Below are positions 50,066 through 60,172 of a stretch of DNA of 64,000 nucleotides, piece after piece. The notes under the pieces were generated by a model, which did not search any database, was not told where the DNA came from, and saw only the letters and a list, made by a program, of their open reading frames with translations. Position 1 is the stretch's first letter, and every line of letters begins with the position of its first letter. The DNA is from Thermomicrobia bacterium (GTDB taxonomy: Bacteria > Chloroflexota > Chloroflexia > Thermomicrobiales > UBA6265), in NCBI GenBank assembly GCA_044464585.1, contig JBIQLF010000003.1, forward strand, positions 343 through 64,342. The letters are read 5' to 3'. The position numbers and the translations under genes are program-made.

Positions 50066-50790
50066 GGATTCTCGTCGTATCGGATGTCCATGGCAATCTC
50101 CCAGCACTGCGGGCAGTGCTGGACTCCGCGCCCGACCACGACGCGCTCTGGAATCTGGGCGATACGGTGGGCTATGGCGCGAACCCAAACGAGTGTCTCG
50201 ATCTGCTTGCGGCAGCGGGAGCCGACCCGGCTCTGGTGGGCAATCACGACCTGGCGGCCGTCGGTCTCCTGCCGATCGGTTGGTTCAATATGTACGCCGC
50301 CCAAGCCGCGGGCTGGACATCGATGCAACTGACCGAGGAAAACCGATTTCGCATCCGTTCCAGCTTCACCTCGGCCACGGTCGGCGACGTCTACCTCGTG
50401 CATGGCAGTCCCGACGATCCCGCCCGGGATTATGTGCAAACCCTCGACGACGCGGTGAACGCACTCGGGTCGGTTGCCGCCCGGCACGTCTTCTGCGGTC
50501 ATACGCATGTACCGATGCTGGCGCAGATCGTCTCTGGAAGCGGTCCGGTTTTGCGCCGGATCGATCCGGGGGTTCCCTGGTCGCTGGCCGGAACGCGCAG
50601 TCTGGTGAATCCGGGTAGTGTCGGGCAACCGCGTGATGGCGATTCCAGAGCGTCGAGCCTGCTGTTGGATACCGACGCCCAAACCGTGACCTGGCTTCGT
50701 CGAGCGTATGACATCGGGGCCGCGCAACGGGCGATCCGCACTGCCGGTCTTCCAATCGAGCTTGCAAGCCGTCTCGATCGGGGGCGATAG
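50062..50790 (+). CDS. Metallophosphoesterase (YfcE/MJ0936-like)
   Basis: MRILVVSDVHGN, LGDTVGYG, GNHD, and HGSP...GHTH. ATGA overlap with mnmG. Confidence 0.8.
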   Translation: MRILVVSDVHGNLPALRAVLDSAPDHDALWNLGDTVGYGANPNECLDLLAAAGADPALVGNHDLAAVGLLPIGWFNMYAAQAAGWTSMQLTEENRFRIRSSFTSATVGDVYLVHGSPDDPARDYVQTLDDAVNALGSVAARHVFCGHTHVPMLAQIVSGSGPVLRRIDPGVPWSLAGTRSLVNPGSVGQPRDGDSRASSLLLDTDAQTVTWLRRAYDIGAAQRAIRTAGLPIELASRLDRGR

Positions 50791-50892
50791 CGCTCGCTCG
50801 GGGCCGGTTGCGGACTTCCAGGGTTCGATACATACTCTTCGCCGTTTGCCATTGATGGATCGATCCGCTCGGAAGGATTACGACAGCTCAGC

Positions 50893-51363
50893 ATGCCAAT
50901 GCACTATCACCGGATCGTCATTCCGGTTTCAGGCGGATCAGAGGACGACCGTGCGATCGATCTCGTCGGTGAATTGGCCCAACGCCATCCGACCAGCATC
51001 ACGCTCGTCTACGTCGTAGAAGTGCAGCAGGCCATGCCGCTCGATGCCGAGCTCCCCGAAGCCGTAGCGCGGGGCGAGGATGTCCTGGCGCGGGCCGAAC
51101 ACCTGACCCGCCAGCGACTTCCGGCGTCCAGCGAGCTCATTTCCACGGACCTCTTGCAAGCGCGCTCGGCCGGCGCGGCGATCGTGGACGAGGCAATCGA
51201 GCAGAATGCCGATGTGATCCTTATGGCGACTCGCATCTCGATCAAGTACGGTAAACCTGTCACGGGCGACGCAGCCGCCTATGTCATCAGAAACGCGCCC
51301 TGTGATGTGATACTGATTCGCTCGGCAAGCGATTTGCCGCTTCAGGAGGCCCTGGACGGTTGA
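50893..51363 (+). CDS. Universal stress protein (UspA family)
   Basis: RIVIPVSGGSEDDRAIDLV, ADVILMAT, and VIRNAPCDVILIR. Confidence 0.8.
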   Translation: MPMHYHRIVIPVSGGSEDDRAIDLVGELAQRHPTSITLVYVVEVQQAMPLDAELPEAVARGEDVLARAEHLTRQRLPASSELISTDLLQARSAGAAIVDEAIEQNADVILMATRISIKYGKPVTGDAAAYVIRNAPCDVILIRSASDLPLQEALDG

Positions 51364-51791
51364 AGGTAATAATCATGGGCTGCGGCCGGGTCGGCGCGCG
51401 CGTTGCGGCGGTGCTCGATCATAATGGCCACCAGGTGACTGTCATCGACATCAATTCCCGCGCATTCAGGCGACTCCCGGATGAGTTCCGGGGACGTACG
51501 CTGATCGGCACCGGGATCGACGAGGATGTGCTTCGCCGCGCCGGCATCGACGACGCGGCCGCATTCGTTGCTGTGACCAACGGCGACAATCGAAACATCA
51601 TGGCCGCTCAGGTCGCCCGGAATGTCTTCTCGGTGCCGGAAGTCATCTGCCGGATCTACGATCCGGTGCGCGAGGACACCTACCGGCGGCTCGGCCTGAC
51701 GACCGTATGCCCGACGACCGTGATCTCGGCCCAGATTCTCGATTCGGTTATGTCGGCGTCGACCATGTCTGCACTGCCGCTGGAGTCCTGA
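51360..51791 (+). CDS. trkA: TrkA-N (KTN/RCK NAD-binding) domain protein
   Basis: KVIIMGCGRVGARVA Rossmann motif. TTG start overlapping the usp stop (TTGA). Confidence 0.8.
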   Translation: MKVIIMGCGRVGARVAAVLDHNGHQVTVIDINSRAFRRLPDEFRGRTLIGTGIDEDVLRRAGIDDAAAFVAVTNGDNRNIMAAQVARNVFSVPEVICRIYDPVREDTYRRLGLTTVCPTTVISAQILDSVMSASTMSALPLES

Positions 51792-51793
51792 GC

Positions 51794-52456
51794 ATGTACA
51801 TCATCATCGTGGGTGGCGGCAAGGTCGGGTATTACCTGACCAAGATGCTCTTGTCCGAAGGCCATGAGGTGCTCCTGATCGAAAAAGATCCGGAGAAGAC
51901 CGAGCTCTTCATCGAACAATTCGGCGCGGTGGTCGTGGCCGGGGACGGCGCGGAAGCCGCGATCCTTTCCCAGGCCGGCGCGGCGCGAGCCGATGTGGTC
52001 ATTGCTGTCACCGGCGAGGATGAGGACAATCTGGTCATATGCCAGGTTGCCAAAACCAAGTTCCATGTCGGCCGCACGATCGCCCGGGTGAACAACCCCA
52101 AGAACGAGCAGCTCTTCCGTATGCTCGGGGTGGATATCACGGTCAGCCAGACGGACTACATTCTCAACCTGATCGAGCAGGCCATTCCCGCTCAACCGTT
52201 CATTCATCTGCTCAATCTGATCGATGTCGATCTTGGCATCGTCGATGCCAAGGTGGTTGCTGGTTCCAGAATCGCGGGCCAGCAGATCGGCAGTCTCCGG
52301 TTGCCCGAGAACTGCATCATTGCCGCGGTCATCCGCTCCGGCAAGCTGATCGTTCCCCAACCGTCCACGACCATCGCGGAAGGCGACGACCTCATCGCGA
52401 TCGCCCATCGCTCGGCCGAACCTCGACTTCGTGAAATGGTCGCGCGAGCGGGATAA
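51794..52456 (+). CDS. trkA: TrkA potassium-uptake regulatory protein (TrkA-N plus TrkA-C)
   Basis: Start at ATG 51794 (GGAG SD). MYIIIVGGGKVGYYL Rossmann motif. The C-terminal RCK_C region contains GSRIAGQQIGSLRLPENCIIAAVIRSGKLIVPQPSTTIAEGDDLI. Confidence 0.85.
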   Translation: MYIIIVGGGKVGYYLTKMLLSEGHEVLLIEKDPEKTELFIEQFGAVVVAGDGAEAAILSQAGAARADVVIAVTGEDEDNLVICQVAKTKFHVGRTIARVNNPKNEQLFRMLGVDITVSQTDYILNLIEQAIPAQPFIHLLNLIDVDLGIVDAKVVAGSRIAGQQIGSLRLPENCIIAAVIRSGKLIVPQPSTTIAEGDDLIAIAHRSAEPRLREMVARAG

Positions 52457-52561
52457 TACGGAATCCGCTTGGACACTGTGGGATATCCACCAGCGGTTCG
52501 GCGCCATCCCACCGTTGAAACGCTGGGCTACTACCCCTCAGTCATCATCCGGATTTCGTAT
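52456..52561 (+). repeat. 106-nt conserved element, copy B (candidate structured RNA or miniature repeat)
   Basis: Same element as 29020..29125. It starts on the last base of the trkA TAA stop. The terminal helix ATACGGAATCCG...CGGATTTCGTAT keeps pairing through a G-U. Confidence 0.5.
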
Positions 52562-52604
52562 GAGCCGGCTTCCCCGGTCACCGACGCCGCGCCGAAAACG
52601 AAGA

Positions 52605-52642
52605 GGGGCGCCAGGTATCGACCGGCGCCCCCTTTTCGTTTC
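52605..52642. terminator. Bidirectional intrinsic terminator (trkA/element B on +, gdh on -)
   Basis: GGGGCGCC-AGGTATCGACC-GGCGCCCC, flanked by CGAAAACGAAGA on the left and CTTTTCGTTTCG on the right. Confidence 0.65.
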
Positions 52643-52659
52643 GAAAATTCGATCCCGAT

Positions 52660-53940
52660 CTATGGATAGATTCCACGCAGCCGGGTGATCTCGGCGACAC
52701 GCTCGACGGCCACGCAGAGCGCGCCCGTGCGCATATCCACACCGAGGCTGCTGGAGCGGTCATGAACCTTCCCGAACGACTGCTGCATCGTGGCGCGGAG
52801 GCGCGTGTTGACCTCGTCGAGCGTCCAGGTGAACCGCTGCATGCCCTGTACCCATTCGAAATAGGAAACCGTGACGCCACCGGCGTTCGCGAGGATGTCG
52901 GGAATCACCGTGATCCCTCGATCGTGAAGGATCGAATCGGCATCCGGGGTGGTGGGGCCATTCGCGCCTTCGACGATCAGCCGGGCCTTGATGCGCGGCG
53001 CGTTCTCGGCGGTGATCTGATTCTCCAATGCGGCGGGAATCAGGATATCGCAGGGAAGCTCGAGCAGCTCCTCATTTGTCAGAACCTCGGCATCCGGGAA
53101 ATCGACCAGACGCCGTTTCGCCGCGCAATGCGCGATCACTGCCTCGATATCGAGTCCATTCGGGTTGTAGAGTCCACCTTGAACGTTGCTGACCGCAACA
53201 ACTTTGCCGCCTCGCCGAACCGCGAATTCGGCGGCGATACTCCCGACATTGCCGAAACCCTGGACCGCGATGGTCGCCCCCTCGAACTGGAGTCCGATGA
53301 CCTTCGCCGCTTCCTCGGCCACGTAGATACAACCGTATCCCGTTGCCTCGGTGCGGCCGGGCGACCCGCCGAGCGCGAGCGGTTTGCCGGTGACGATACT
53401 GGGATCCGCATGACCGGTATTCATCGAATAGGTATCGAGAATCCACGCCATGATCTGCGGATTGGTATTCACGTCGGGAGCCGGAATGTCACGACTCGGA
53501 CCGATGAACGACTGGATTTCCGTCGTGTACCGCCGCGTCAGATTTTGGAGCTCGTTTTGGGAAAGAACTTTCGGATTGACGGAGACGCCACCTTTGGCGC
53601 CACCATAGGGAAGTCCCATGACCGCGCATTTCCAGGTCATCCACATTGCCAGAGCTTTGACTTCGGACAGATTCACCAAGGGGTGATAGCGAATGCCGCC
53701 CTTCGTTGGTCCTGGATTGCTATTGTGATGAACCCGATAGCCTGTCAGCACCCGTACCGACCCGTCGTCCATCTCTACCGGGAAATTGATCGTGAGTTCT
53801 CGCTGGCAATGCGACAGGATTTGGCGCATCCCATCTTCGAGCTCGAGAATGTCGGCGGCTGTGTCGAGTTGCCGCACCGCGGATTGGTAGAGATCGGTCG
53901 TCGTCTGGTGGGCCCGCGCGGGCGCTAGATCTACGGACAT
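52660..53940 (-). CDS. gdhA: Glutamate dehydrogenase (Glu/Leu/Phe/Val dehydrogenase family)
   Basis: GPTKGGIRYHP, the catalytic-Lys region GLPYGGAKGGV, and the NAD(P) motif VQGFGNVG. A -10-like TAGAAT lies on the minus strand at 53990..53985. Confidence 0.95.
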   Translation of the reverse strand: MSVDLAPARAHQTTTDLYQSAVRQLDTAADILELEDGMRQILSHCQRELTINFPVEMDDGSVRVLTGYRVHHNSNPGPTKGGIRYHPLVNLSEVKALAMWMTWKCAVMGLPYGGAKGGVSVNPKVLSQNELQNLTRRYTTEIQSFIGPSRDIPAPDVNTNPQIMAWILDTYSMNTGHADPSIVTGKPLALGGSPGRTEATGYGCIYVAEEAAKVIGLQFEGATIAVQGFGNVGSIAAEFAVRRGGKVVAVSNVQGGLYNPNGLDIEAVIAHCAAKRRLVDFPDAEVLTNEELLELPCDILIPAALENQITAENAPRIKARLIVEGANGPTTPDADSILHDRGITVIPDILANAGGVTVSYFEWVQGMQRFTWTLDEVNTRLRATMQQSFGKVHDRSSSLGVDMRTGALCVAVERVAEITRLRGIYP

Positions 53941-54007
53941 CTTCTCCCCGTTTCATCATGGTCGAATACCGAATCGGGTAGCCCATTCTACCCGGACCGG
54001 CGCGGGC

Positions 54008-55474
54008 TCATTCGGCCAGGAGTTCTTCGAGGACAGCACGTACCGCCTCGGGTTGCCCCTTGCCACCCGTCGCTCGGATCGTCTCTCCCATGAGACGCCC
54101 AATCGCCGCCTTCTTACCACCCCGATAATCGGCAACCACGGTTGGATTCGCGGCTATTATGCCAAGAGCCACGTCGCGAATCACGGCTCTATCACCAACT
54201 GAAATAAGATCGAGCCGTTCGGCCGCCGCGCGAACGGCTTCACCCGGTCGGATGCCAGCCAGCAAATCCTTGGCTCCCCGCCCGGTGAGATCCCCAGAAT
54301 CGACCAGGTCGATCAGCCCGCTGAGTTGCGAAGCCTCGATTGGAAACTGGTCGAAACGCATTCCCCGCTCGCGTTGCAGACCGAAAACGTCATTCAAAAG
54401 CCAATTGGAAACCTGCTTCGGACGGTCTTGCCCGGCGGCGCCAGCCAACGCTGATTCGAAATAGTCGGCCGTTTCTCGTTCGAGGGTCAACAACTCCGAT
54501 TCAGCGGGCCCCAGTCGATAGCGCTCGATGAAGCGGGACCGGCGCGCGCGAGGCAGTTCCGGCAGCGCGCTCCGCAACGAATCGACGAACGCTGCTTCGA
54601 TGGTCAATGGCGGCAGATCAGGCTCCGGAAAATAGCGATAGTCGTGCGCCGACTCCTTGGTGCGCTGGCTGACTGTTTCGCCCCGGGCTTCGACCCAACC
54701 GCGGGTCTCCTGGGAGATGGCACCCCCGCGGGTCAGAACAGCGCGCTGGCGTTCTTCCTCATAGATCAGCGCTCGCTCGACCGCGCGAAACGAGTTCATG
54801 TTTTTGATCTCGACCTTATCGCCGATGACTGAGCCATCCACACTGCGGGTCGAGATGTTGGCATCGCAACGGAATGCGCCCTCCTCCATATTCCCGGTCG
54901 ATGCACCGATATACCGGAGGATTTGCCGCAGGGCGATCAAATAATCGCGCGCCTCGGCCGGGCTGGTCAGATCGGGCTCCCCAACGATTTCCATCAAGGG
55001 CACGCCGGAACGATTGAGATCGACCAGGGAGACGTTCTCTCCCGCATCTTCGCGATGAAGTAACCGGCCGGTGTCCTCTTCCATATGGACCCGGGTGATC
55101 CCGGCGGTTCTCTCGACTCCGTCCGAGATGAATGTCAGAGTCCCATCGATACAGAGCGGATGATCGTATTGCGAAACCTGATATCCCTTGGGCAAATCGG
55201 GGTAGAAATAGTTCTTGCGGTCGAATTTGCTGAACGATGGAATCGCGCACCCGAGCGCCAGTCCAGTCCGAATCACCGATTCGATGGCGGCGCGGTTGAT
55301 GACCGGCAGCGCTCCAGGCAGCCCCATACAAACTGGGCAAACGTGGGTATTCGGGATTGCGGACGCATAATCGGCGGAACAGCGGCAGAACATCTTGCTC
55401 TGCGTCAGCACCTGCGCATGGACTTCCAGGCCGATGACTGTGCGAAATTCGAGATCGATACCAGTTTCAGCCAA
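54008..55474 (-). CDS. gatB: Asp-tRNA(Asn)/Glu-tRNA(Gln) amidotransferase subunit B
   Basis: [43 protein letters not shown](V)SQ, and a C-terminal YqeY-like domain. Confidence 0.95.
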   Translation of the reverse strand: MAETGIDLEFRTVIGLEVHAQVLTQSKMFCRCSADYASAIPNTHVCPVCMGLPGALPVINRAAIESVIRTGLALGCAIPSFSKFDRKNYFYPDLPKGYQVSQYDHPLCIDGTLTFISDGVERTAGITRVHMEEDTGRLLHREDAGENVSLVDLNRSGVPLMEIVGEPDLTSPAEARDYLIALRQILRYIGASTGNMEEGAFRCDANISTRSVDGSVIGDKVEIKNMNSFRAVERALIYEEERQRAVLTRGGAISQETRGWVEARGETVSQRTKESAHDYRYFPEPDLPPLTIEAAFVDSLRSALPELPRARRSRFIERYRLGPAESELLTLERETADYFESALAGAAGQDRPKQVSNWLLNDVFGLQRERGMRFDQFPIEASQLSGLIDLVDSGDLTGRGAKDLLAGIRPGEAVRAAAERLDLISVGDRAVIRDVALGIIAANPTVVADYRGGKKAAIGRLMGETIRATGGKGQPEAVRAVLEELLAE

Positions 55475-55727
55475 TTCCTCTATCCACTCCCGGTGTTTCG
55501 ACCGATACGCCTGGAAACGGCCAGCATTTTAGCATGTGGGCACCGCCCGACCGGCCGCGCCGTGACCGGAGCGGTGGGGCCTCTATGGTAGAATCGCCGG
55601 TAAATGGACTGGCCTTTCCGGGCGGTTTATACCCGTCTTCAACCGGAGAGACAACCGAGCATTCGGGCCGATTGCCGATCGTTTTTCGCGGCAATCGTTC
55701 GAGAGAAATCGAGGCGGAATCGAGCGG

Positions 55728-58109
55728 ATGGCGACCCGAGCTGAAACCAAGATGGTCACGGGAAAGATCAACGGTCTGGATGTGACCGTTCCGGCTGGGA
55801 CCACAATTCTCGAAGCCGCGCGATCGGCCGGTATCGAGATACCCAATCTCTGCTACCAGCCATTGTTGCGACCCTGGGGCTCATGCCGGATGTGCACGGT
55901 CGAGATCCTCGGGAAACGCGGAGGTCTCGACACGTCCTGCTCAGCGCCGCTCGGCGAAGGGATGGAAGTGCTGACCCATTCCGAACCGGTCGAGGACGCG
56001 CGTCAATTCCTCTTGCAGATGTACCTGATCGATCACGCGCTCGATTGCCCGACCTGCGACAAATCGGGCGAGTGTTACCTGCAAGACAATACCTATCTGG
56101 CAAACCTCAACACGAATCCCTACCGGCGGCCGAAGCTCGCGCAGCCGTACGTCCATTTCAGCGATACCATCGACTACAAATGGGATCGCTGCATCATGTG
56201 CAACCGCTGTACCCGCGTCTGCGACGAGATGATCGGCGTCACGGCTATCGAAGACACCTATCGCGGCGCCGAGGCCACCATCAGTCCTTCGTTCGGACTG
56301 GAATTGAAAGACACGCTCTGCACCAATTGCGGGATGTGTATTGCGGTCTGCCCCGTCGGCGCCCTGACCGACCGGCATTTCGCACATCATCCGTGGGAGC
56401 TGGATACCACAGAGACGATCTGCGGATTCTGCGACAACGGTTGCACCATCAATGTCGAATCCAACAAGGGCGTCGTTCGCCGGGCCACAAATCTCTGGGA
56501 ACGCGGCACCAATCATGGCTATCTTTGCGAAAAAGGCAAGTGGGGGCACGAGTTGCAGCAATCCCCCGATCGGTTGCGCTATCCCCGCATCAATCAACCC
56601 GGAACCTTCGGCTATGAAGTGACCTGGAACGACGCCCTCGATTCGATTGCGGCCACCCTTCAGAACTACAAGGGCAATCAGTTCGCCGCCCTCATCTCGC
56701 CCGATGACACCAACGAAGATGCCTATCTGGCCCAGAAATTCGTGCGAACCGTCATGGGCACGAACAATATCGATCGCTTGCTGACGCCGAACCAGGTCGC
56801 GGTCGAACGATCGGTCCGGGCTGCGCTCGGGCGCGATGTGAGCAGCACGAACAACAACGAAGAGATGTTCACCGCGGTGAATATGGCCATGGTGGTCGGA
56901 CCGAATATCGGCCAAACGACGCCGGTTGCTTCGTATTGGCTCTACCACGCAATCCATTATCGCGAAGCCAAGGTGGTCGTTATTTCGCAAGATGACTATC
57001 CGCTGGCCTGGCGCGCCGAGTTGTGGTTGCGCCCCAATGAGGGAACGACCAGCACGCTGCTGAAGGGAATCGCGCGCCAGATCATCGACCTGAAACTGAC
57101 CGCTCCCTCCGTCAGCGCCAAGGAACGCGGGCGTCTTATCGAATCGTTGGCCGACTACGATCTGGATCGCGTATCGCGCTCCACAGGCGTGGGCGGCGAC
57201 AAGATCCAGGCCGCTGCCGTGCTCTATGCGACCGGCGGCGCTGGGCTCGACAAGACGTCCGACAATGGCTATCCGTCTTCTGTGATTTTCAATACTGCCG
57301 CGCATATCGGATCGCAAATCACCAGCGATGCATTCGACAATGCGACCGAGATCACCGATCTCTGCAACGATCTCGCACTCCTGACCGGCAATTTCGGTCG
57401 CGAAGGAGGCGGTGTGGCGACGCCGCGCGGGCCGGCCAACTACCAGGGCACCACCGATATGGGCGCCCATCCCTTCTATCTGCCCGGTGGACGAGCGATC
57501 GCGGACGATGCGGCCCGCGCGGAAATCGAGCAGAGCTGGGAGGCAACGGTACCGACGATACCCGGTTATGCAATGGACGAGATCGCCGGCGCGATCGAGG
57601 TTGGAGAGATCAAGGCACTCTATATCGAAAGCACCCTGGCCAAAGAAGCGGAGAACAATCCCGAGTTGCTCGCCGCGCTGCCGAAGCTCGATTTTCTGGT
57701 CTTCGGTGGCGCCTACGCCGATTCACCGATCGCCGAAATCGCCGATGTGGTGCTGCCGCGCGCGCTCTCGCTCGAAGTCGATGGCACCTTCACGAGCTTT
57801 GACCGCACCGTGCAGCGCGTGCGCGCGGCCGTTCCGGCGTACGGAGAGGCGCGCCCAACGGGCGCCATCTTCGCCGAATTGGCGCAACGCATGGGATATG
57901 CGCTCGAATGGCAGCCAATTGCGGCTGTGATGGATGAGATCGGTTCGATCGTTCCCGAATACGGTGGCGTCACCTTCGCCCGGTTGGAGCGGGACGGTCT
58001 GAATGTTCCGGTCCCGACCTATAGTGATTCGGGCACATCGATTCTCATTCCTGGGCCGGATGGGCTCGCATCCTTTTCACCAGCGTTCGTCTCCATGGCG
58101 GCGGACTAG
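55728..58109 (+). CDS. nuoG: NADH-quinone oxidoreductase subunit G-like (2Fe-2S, 4Fe-4S and molybdopterin-fold domains)
   Basis: INGLDVTVPAGTTILEAAR, CYQPLLRPWGSCRMCTVE, HALDCPTCDKSGEC, CIMCNRCTRVC, and CTNCGMCIAVCPVGAL, then a molybdopterin-oxidoreductase fold. No in-frame TGA. Alternative start ATG 55752. Confidence 0.8.
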   Translation: MATRAETKMVTGKINGLDVTVPAGTTILEAARSAGIEIPNLCYQPLLRPWGSCRMCTVEILGKRGGLDTSCSAPLGEGMEVLTHSEPVEDARQFLLQMYLIDHALDCPTCDKSGECYLQDNTYLANLNTNPYRRPKLAQPYVHFSDTIDYKWDRCIMCNRCTRVCDEMIGVTAIEDTYRGAEATISPSFGLELKDTLCTNCGMCIAVCPVGALTDRHFAHHPWELDTTETICGFCDNGCTINVESNKGVVRRATNLWERGTNHGYLCEKGKWGHELQQSPDRLRYPRINQPGTFGYEVTWNDALDSIAATLQNYKGNQFAALISPDDTNEDAYLAQKFVRTVMGTNNIDRLLTPNQVAVERSVRAALGRDVSSTNNNEEMFTAVNMAMVVGPNIGQTTPVASYWLYHAIHYREAKVVVISQDDYPLAWRAELWLRPNEGTTSTLLKGIARQIIDLKLTAPSVSAKERGRLIESLADYDLDRVSRSTGVGGDKIQAAAVLYATGGAGLDKTSDNGYPSSVIFNTAAHIGSQITSDAFDNATEITDLCNDLALLTGNFGREGGGVATPRGPANYQGTTDMGAHPFYLPGGRAIADDAARAEIEQSWEATVPTIPGYAMDEIAGAIEVGEIKALYIESTLAKEAENNPELLAALPKLDFLVFGGAYADSPIAEIADVVLPRALSLEVDGTFTSFDRTVQRVRAAVPAYGEARPTGAIFAELAQRMGYALEWQPIAAVMDEIGSIVPEYGGVTFARLERDGLNVPVPTYSDSGTSILIPGPDGLASFSPAFVSMAAD

Positions 58110-58127
58110 CCAACAGGAGCTGTTTTC

Positions 58128-58592
58128 ATGCTCGAAGAAGTCAAGGGTTTTGGAGTCACGATCAAGCGATCCGTGATGCCGAAACTCACCATTCAATACC
58201 CGGACGAGCAGCGCGACATGGCAACCCGATTCCGTGGCTTGCCATCCCTCCGCACCGATCCGGACACGGGCGAGGCATTGTGTGTCGCCTGCGGGTTGTG
58301 CGCGCGCATCTGCCCGACGTCGTGTCTCGAAATGCACGTCATCCCATCGGAGGAGGGCGACCGCGAGCTCGGAGAGTTCATTCTCAAGGCGGGCCGGTGC
58401 ATGTTCTGCGGACTTTGCTCGCAGGTCTGTCCGGTCGATGCGATCACCATGAGCAAGGAATTCGAACTCTCGGTACAGGATCGCGATGGGCTGGTATACA
58501 CCAAGACCGAGCTTGCCACCATTGGCGGCCAGACGGTCACCTGGTGGGGTGAGGACATCCTCGAACCACCGGTGAACGCCGCCGCCGAGTAA
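58128..58592 (+). CDS. nuoI: NADH-quinone oxidoreductase subunit I-like 2x[4Fe-4S] ferredoxin
   Basis: TIQYPDE, then CVACGLCARICP and CMFCGLCSQVCPVDAI. Confidence 0.8.
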   Translation: MLEEVKGFGVTIKRSVMPKLTIQYPDEQRDMATRFRGLPSLRTDPDTGEALCVACGLCARICPTSCLEMHVIPSEEGDRELGEFILKAGRCMFCGLCSQVCPVDAITMSKEFELSVQDRDGLVYTKTELATIGGQTVTWWGEDILEPPVNAAAE

Positions 58593-58665
58593 GATCGAGC
58601 GAATTCGAGATCGTGAAACGGCGGAGCCAGATGCTCCGCCGTTGTCATTGAAAGGACGAGCAGGT

Positions 58666-60111
58666 ATGAGCAAAGCGTATCCAATGTATCTGGCGGGAAG
58701 TTGGGTCGAGTCCAACTCCCCCATCGAGATCGTCAATCCGTATAACGGCGAACCGGTCGGCCGCACCTGGCTCGCAACGACAGAGCAGTTGGAGCAATCG
58801 ATCCTGGCGGCGCAACGCGCCTTCGAGACGACGCGCAAGCAACCGACATTCGAGCGGGTGCGGATTCTCGATGCACTGGCGGCGAAGCTGGGCGAACATC
58901 GCGATGAGATTGCGTCCCTGATCGCGAGGGAAGCTGGCAAGCCGATTCGAGATGCCGAAGTGGAAGCCGATCGGGGCGTATTCACGGTTCAGATCGCCGC
59001 GGAGGAAGCCACGCGCATCGAGGGAGACGTCATTCCGCTCGATCTGCTGCCCTCGTCCAAGGGACGGTTCGGAATCGTCCGGCGATTCCCGATCGGACCG
59101 ATAGCCGGTATCTCGCCCTTCAACTATCCACTCAATCTCGCGCTTCACAAAGTGGCGCCGGCCATTGCCTCGGGAAATCCGATCGTGCTCAAGCCGCCCA
59201 CCAAAGATCCGCTGGTGATGCTCTACGTCGCTCGCCTGCTGGACGAGATCGGGATCGAGCCGGGCTCCCTGAGCGTGCTTCCCATGGACCGGGAAGTCGG
59301 CAACGCGATGGTGGAAGACGAGCGATTCAAGTTGCTTTCGTTCACCGGGTCGCCCGACGTCGGCTGGAAGATGAAACGCACTGCCGGTATGAAAAAGGTC
59401 GTGCTCGAACTCGGCGGCAATGCGGGAGTGATTGTCGATGAGGATGCGGATATTGCCTTTGCTGCCCAGCGGATTCGCGTCGGCGCATTCGCATATGCCG
59501 GCCAGGTCTGTATCTCCGTTCAGCGCGTGTTCGTGCACGAAACGGTCTATGACGCCTTCATGGACGCACTGGTGGCAGAAACGAAGCGCATCAAGCTCGG
59601 CGACCCGATGGATCGCGAGACCGATCTTGGGCCGATGATCGACGAAAAAGCAGCCGCTCGCAGCCAGAAATGGATCGAAGACGCGGTCGCTTCCGGTGCG
59701 CGGGTGATCACCGGTGGAAAAGCCGATGGCCGGTTCATGCAGCCCACGATCATCGAGCGGGCGCCCCGCGAGTCGTTCGTCTGCTCGCGCGAGGCATTCG
59801 CGCCCCTCGTCACGGTTTTCCCGGTTTCGTCGTTTGGCAAAGCTGTTGCGGCCGTGAACGATTCCGAATTCGGATTGCAGGCCGGTGTCTTCAGCAACAA
59901 CCTCGAACGGGCGTTGTATGCCTTCGAGAACATCGAAGCAGGTGGAGTCGTCATCAACGACATTCCCACCTACCGCATCGATCACATGCCCTATGGTGGC
60001 GTCAAATCGTCTGGTCTGAGCCGGGAAGGGATTCGTTACGCCATCGAGGATATGACCGAAATGCGCCTGATGGTGGTCAATCGACTCGAAAGCCAGCGCG
60101 TCATCGAGTAG
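58666..60111 (+). CDS. NAD(P)-dependent aldehyde dehydrogenase
   Basis: Start at ATG 58666 (AAAGGA SD). VLELGGNAG (the ELGG motif), catalytic Cys in AYAGQVCISVQRV, FTGSPDVG, and PYGGVKSSG. Confidence 0.85.
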   Translation: MSKAYPMYLAGSWVESNSPIEIVNPYNGEPVGRTWLATTEQLEQSILAAQRAFETTRKQPTFERVRILDALAAKLGEHRDEIASLIAREAGKPIRDAEVEADRGVFTVQIAAEEATRIEGDVIPLDLLPSSKGRFGIVRRFPIGPIAGISPFNYPLNLALHKVAPAIASGNPIVLKPPTKDPLVMLYVARLLDEIGIEPGSLSVLPMDREVGNAMVEDERFKLLSFTGSPDVGWKMKRTAGMKKVVLELGGNAGVIVDEDADIAFAAQRIRVGAFAYAGQVCISVQRVFVHETVYDAFMDALVAETKRIKLGDPMDRETDLGPMIDEKAAARSQKWIEDAVASGARVITGGKADGRFMQPTIIERAPRESFVCSREAFAPLVTVFPVSSFGKAVAAVNDSEFGLQAGVFSNNLERALYAFENIEAGGVVINDIPTYRIDHMPYGGVKSSGLSREGIRYAIEDMTEMRLMVVNRLESQRVIE

Positions 60112-60135
60112 CCGAATACGGCCGTCGCAGAGTTG

Positions 60136-60163
60136 GCGACCGGCCATGCGCCAGGCCGGTCGC
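60136..60163. terminator. Hairpin between convergent aldehyde dehydrogenase and nfo
   Basis: GCGACCGGCC-ATGCGCCA-GGCCGGTCGC, a 10-bp perfect stem. Confidence 0.5.
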
Positions 60164-60172
60164 TCGATTCGA

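Noticed and set aside
55728-58109. Selenocysteine-containing formate dehydrogenase, given that selA is in the window.
   Set aside because: The reading frame is continuous with no in-frame TGA. The N-terminal 2Fe-2S/4Fe-4S arrangement plus the adjacent nuoI-like gene fit NuoG better. No SECIS-like hairpin was seen.
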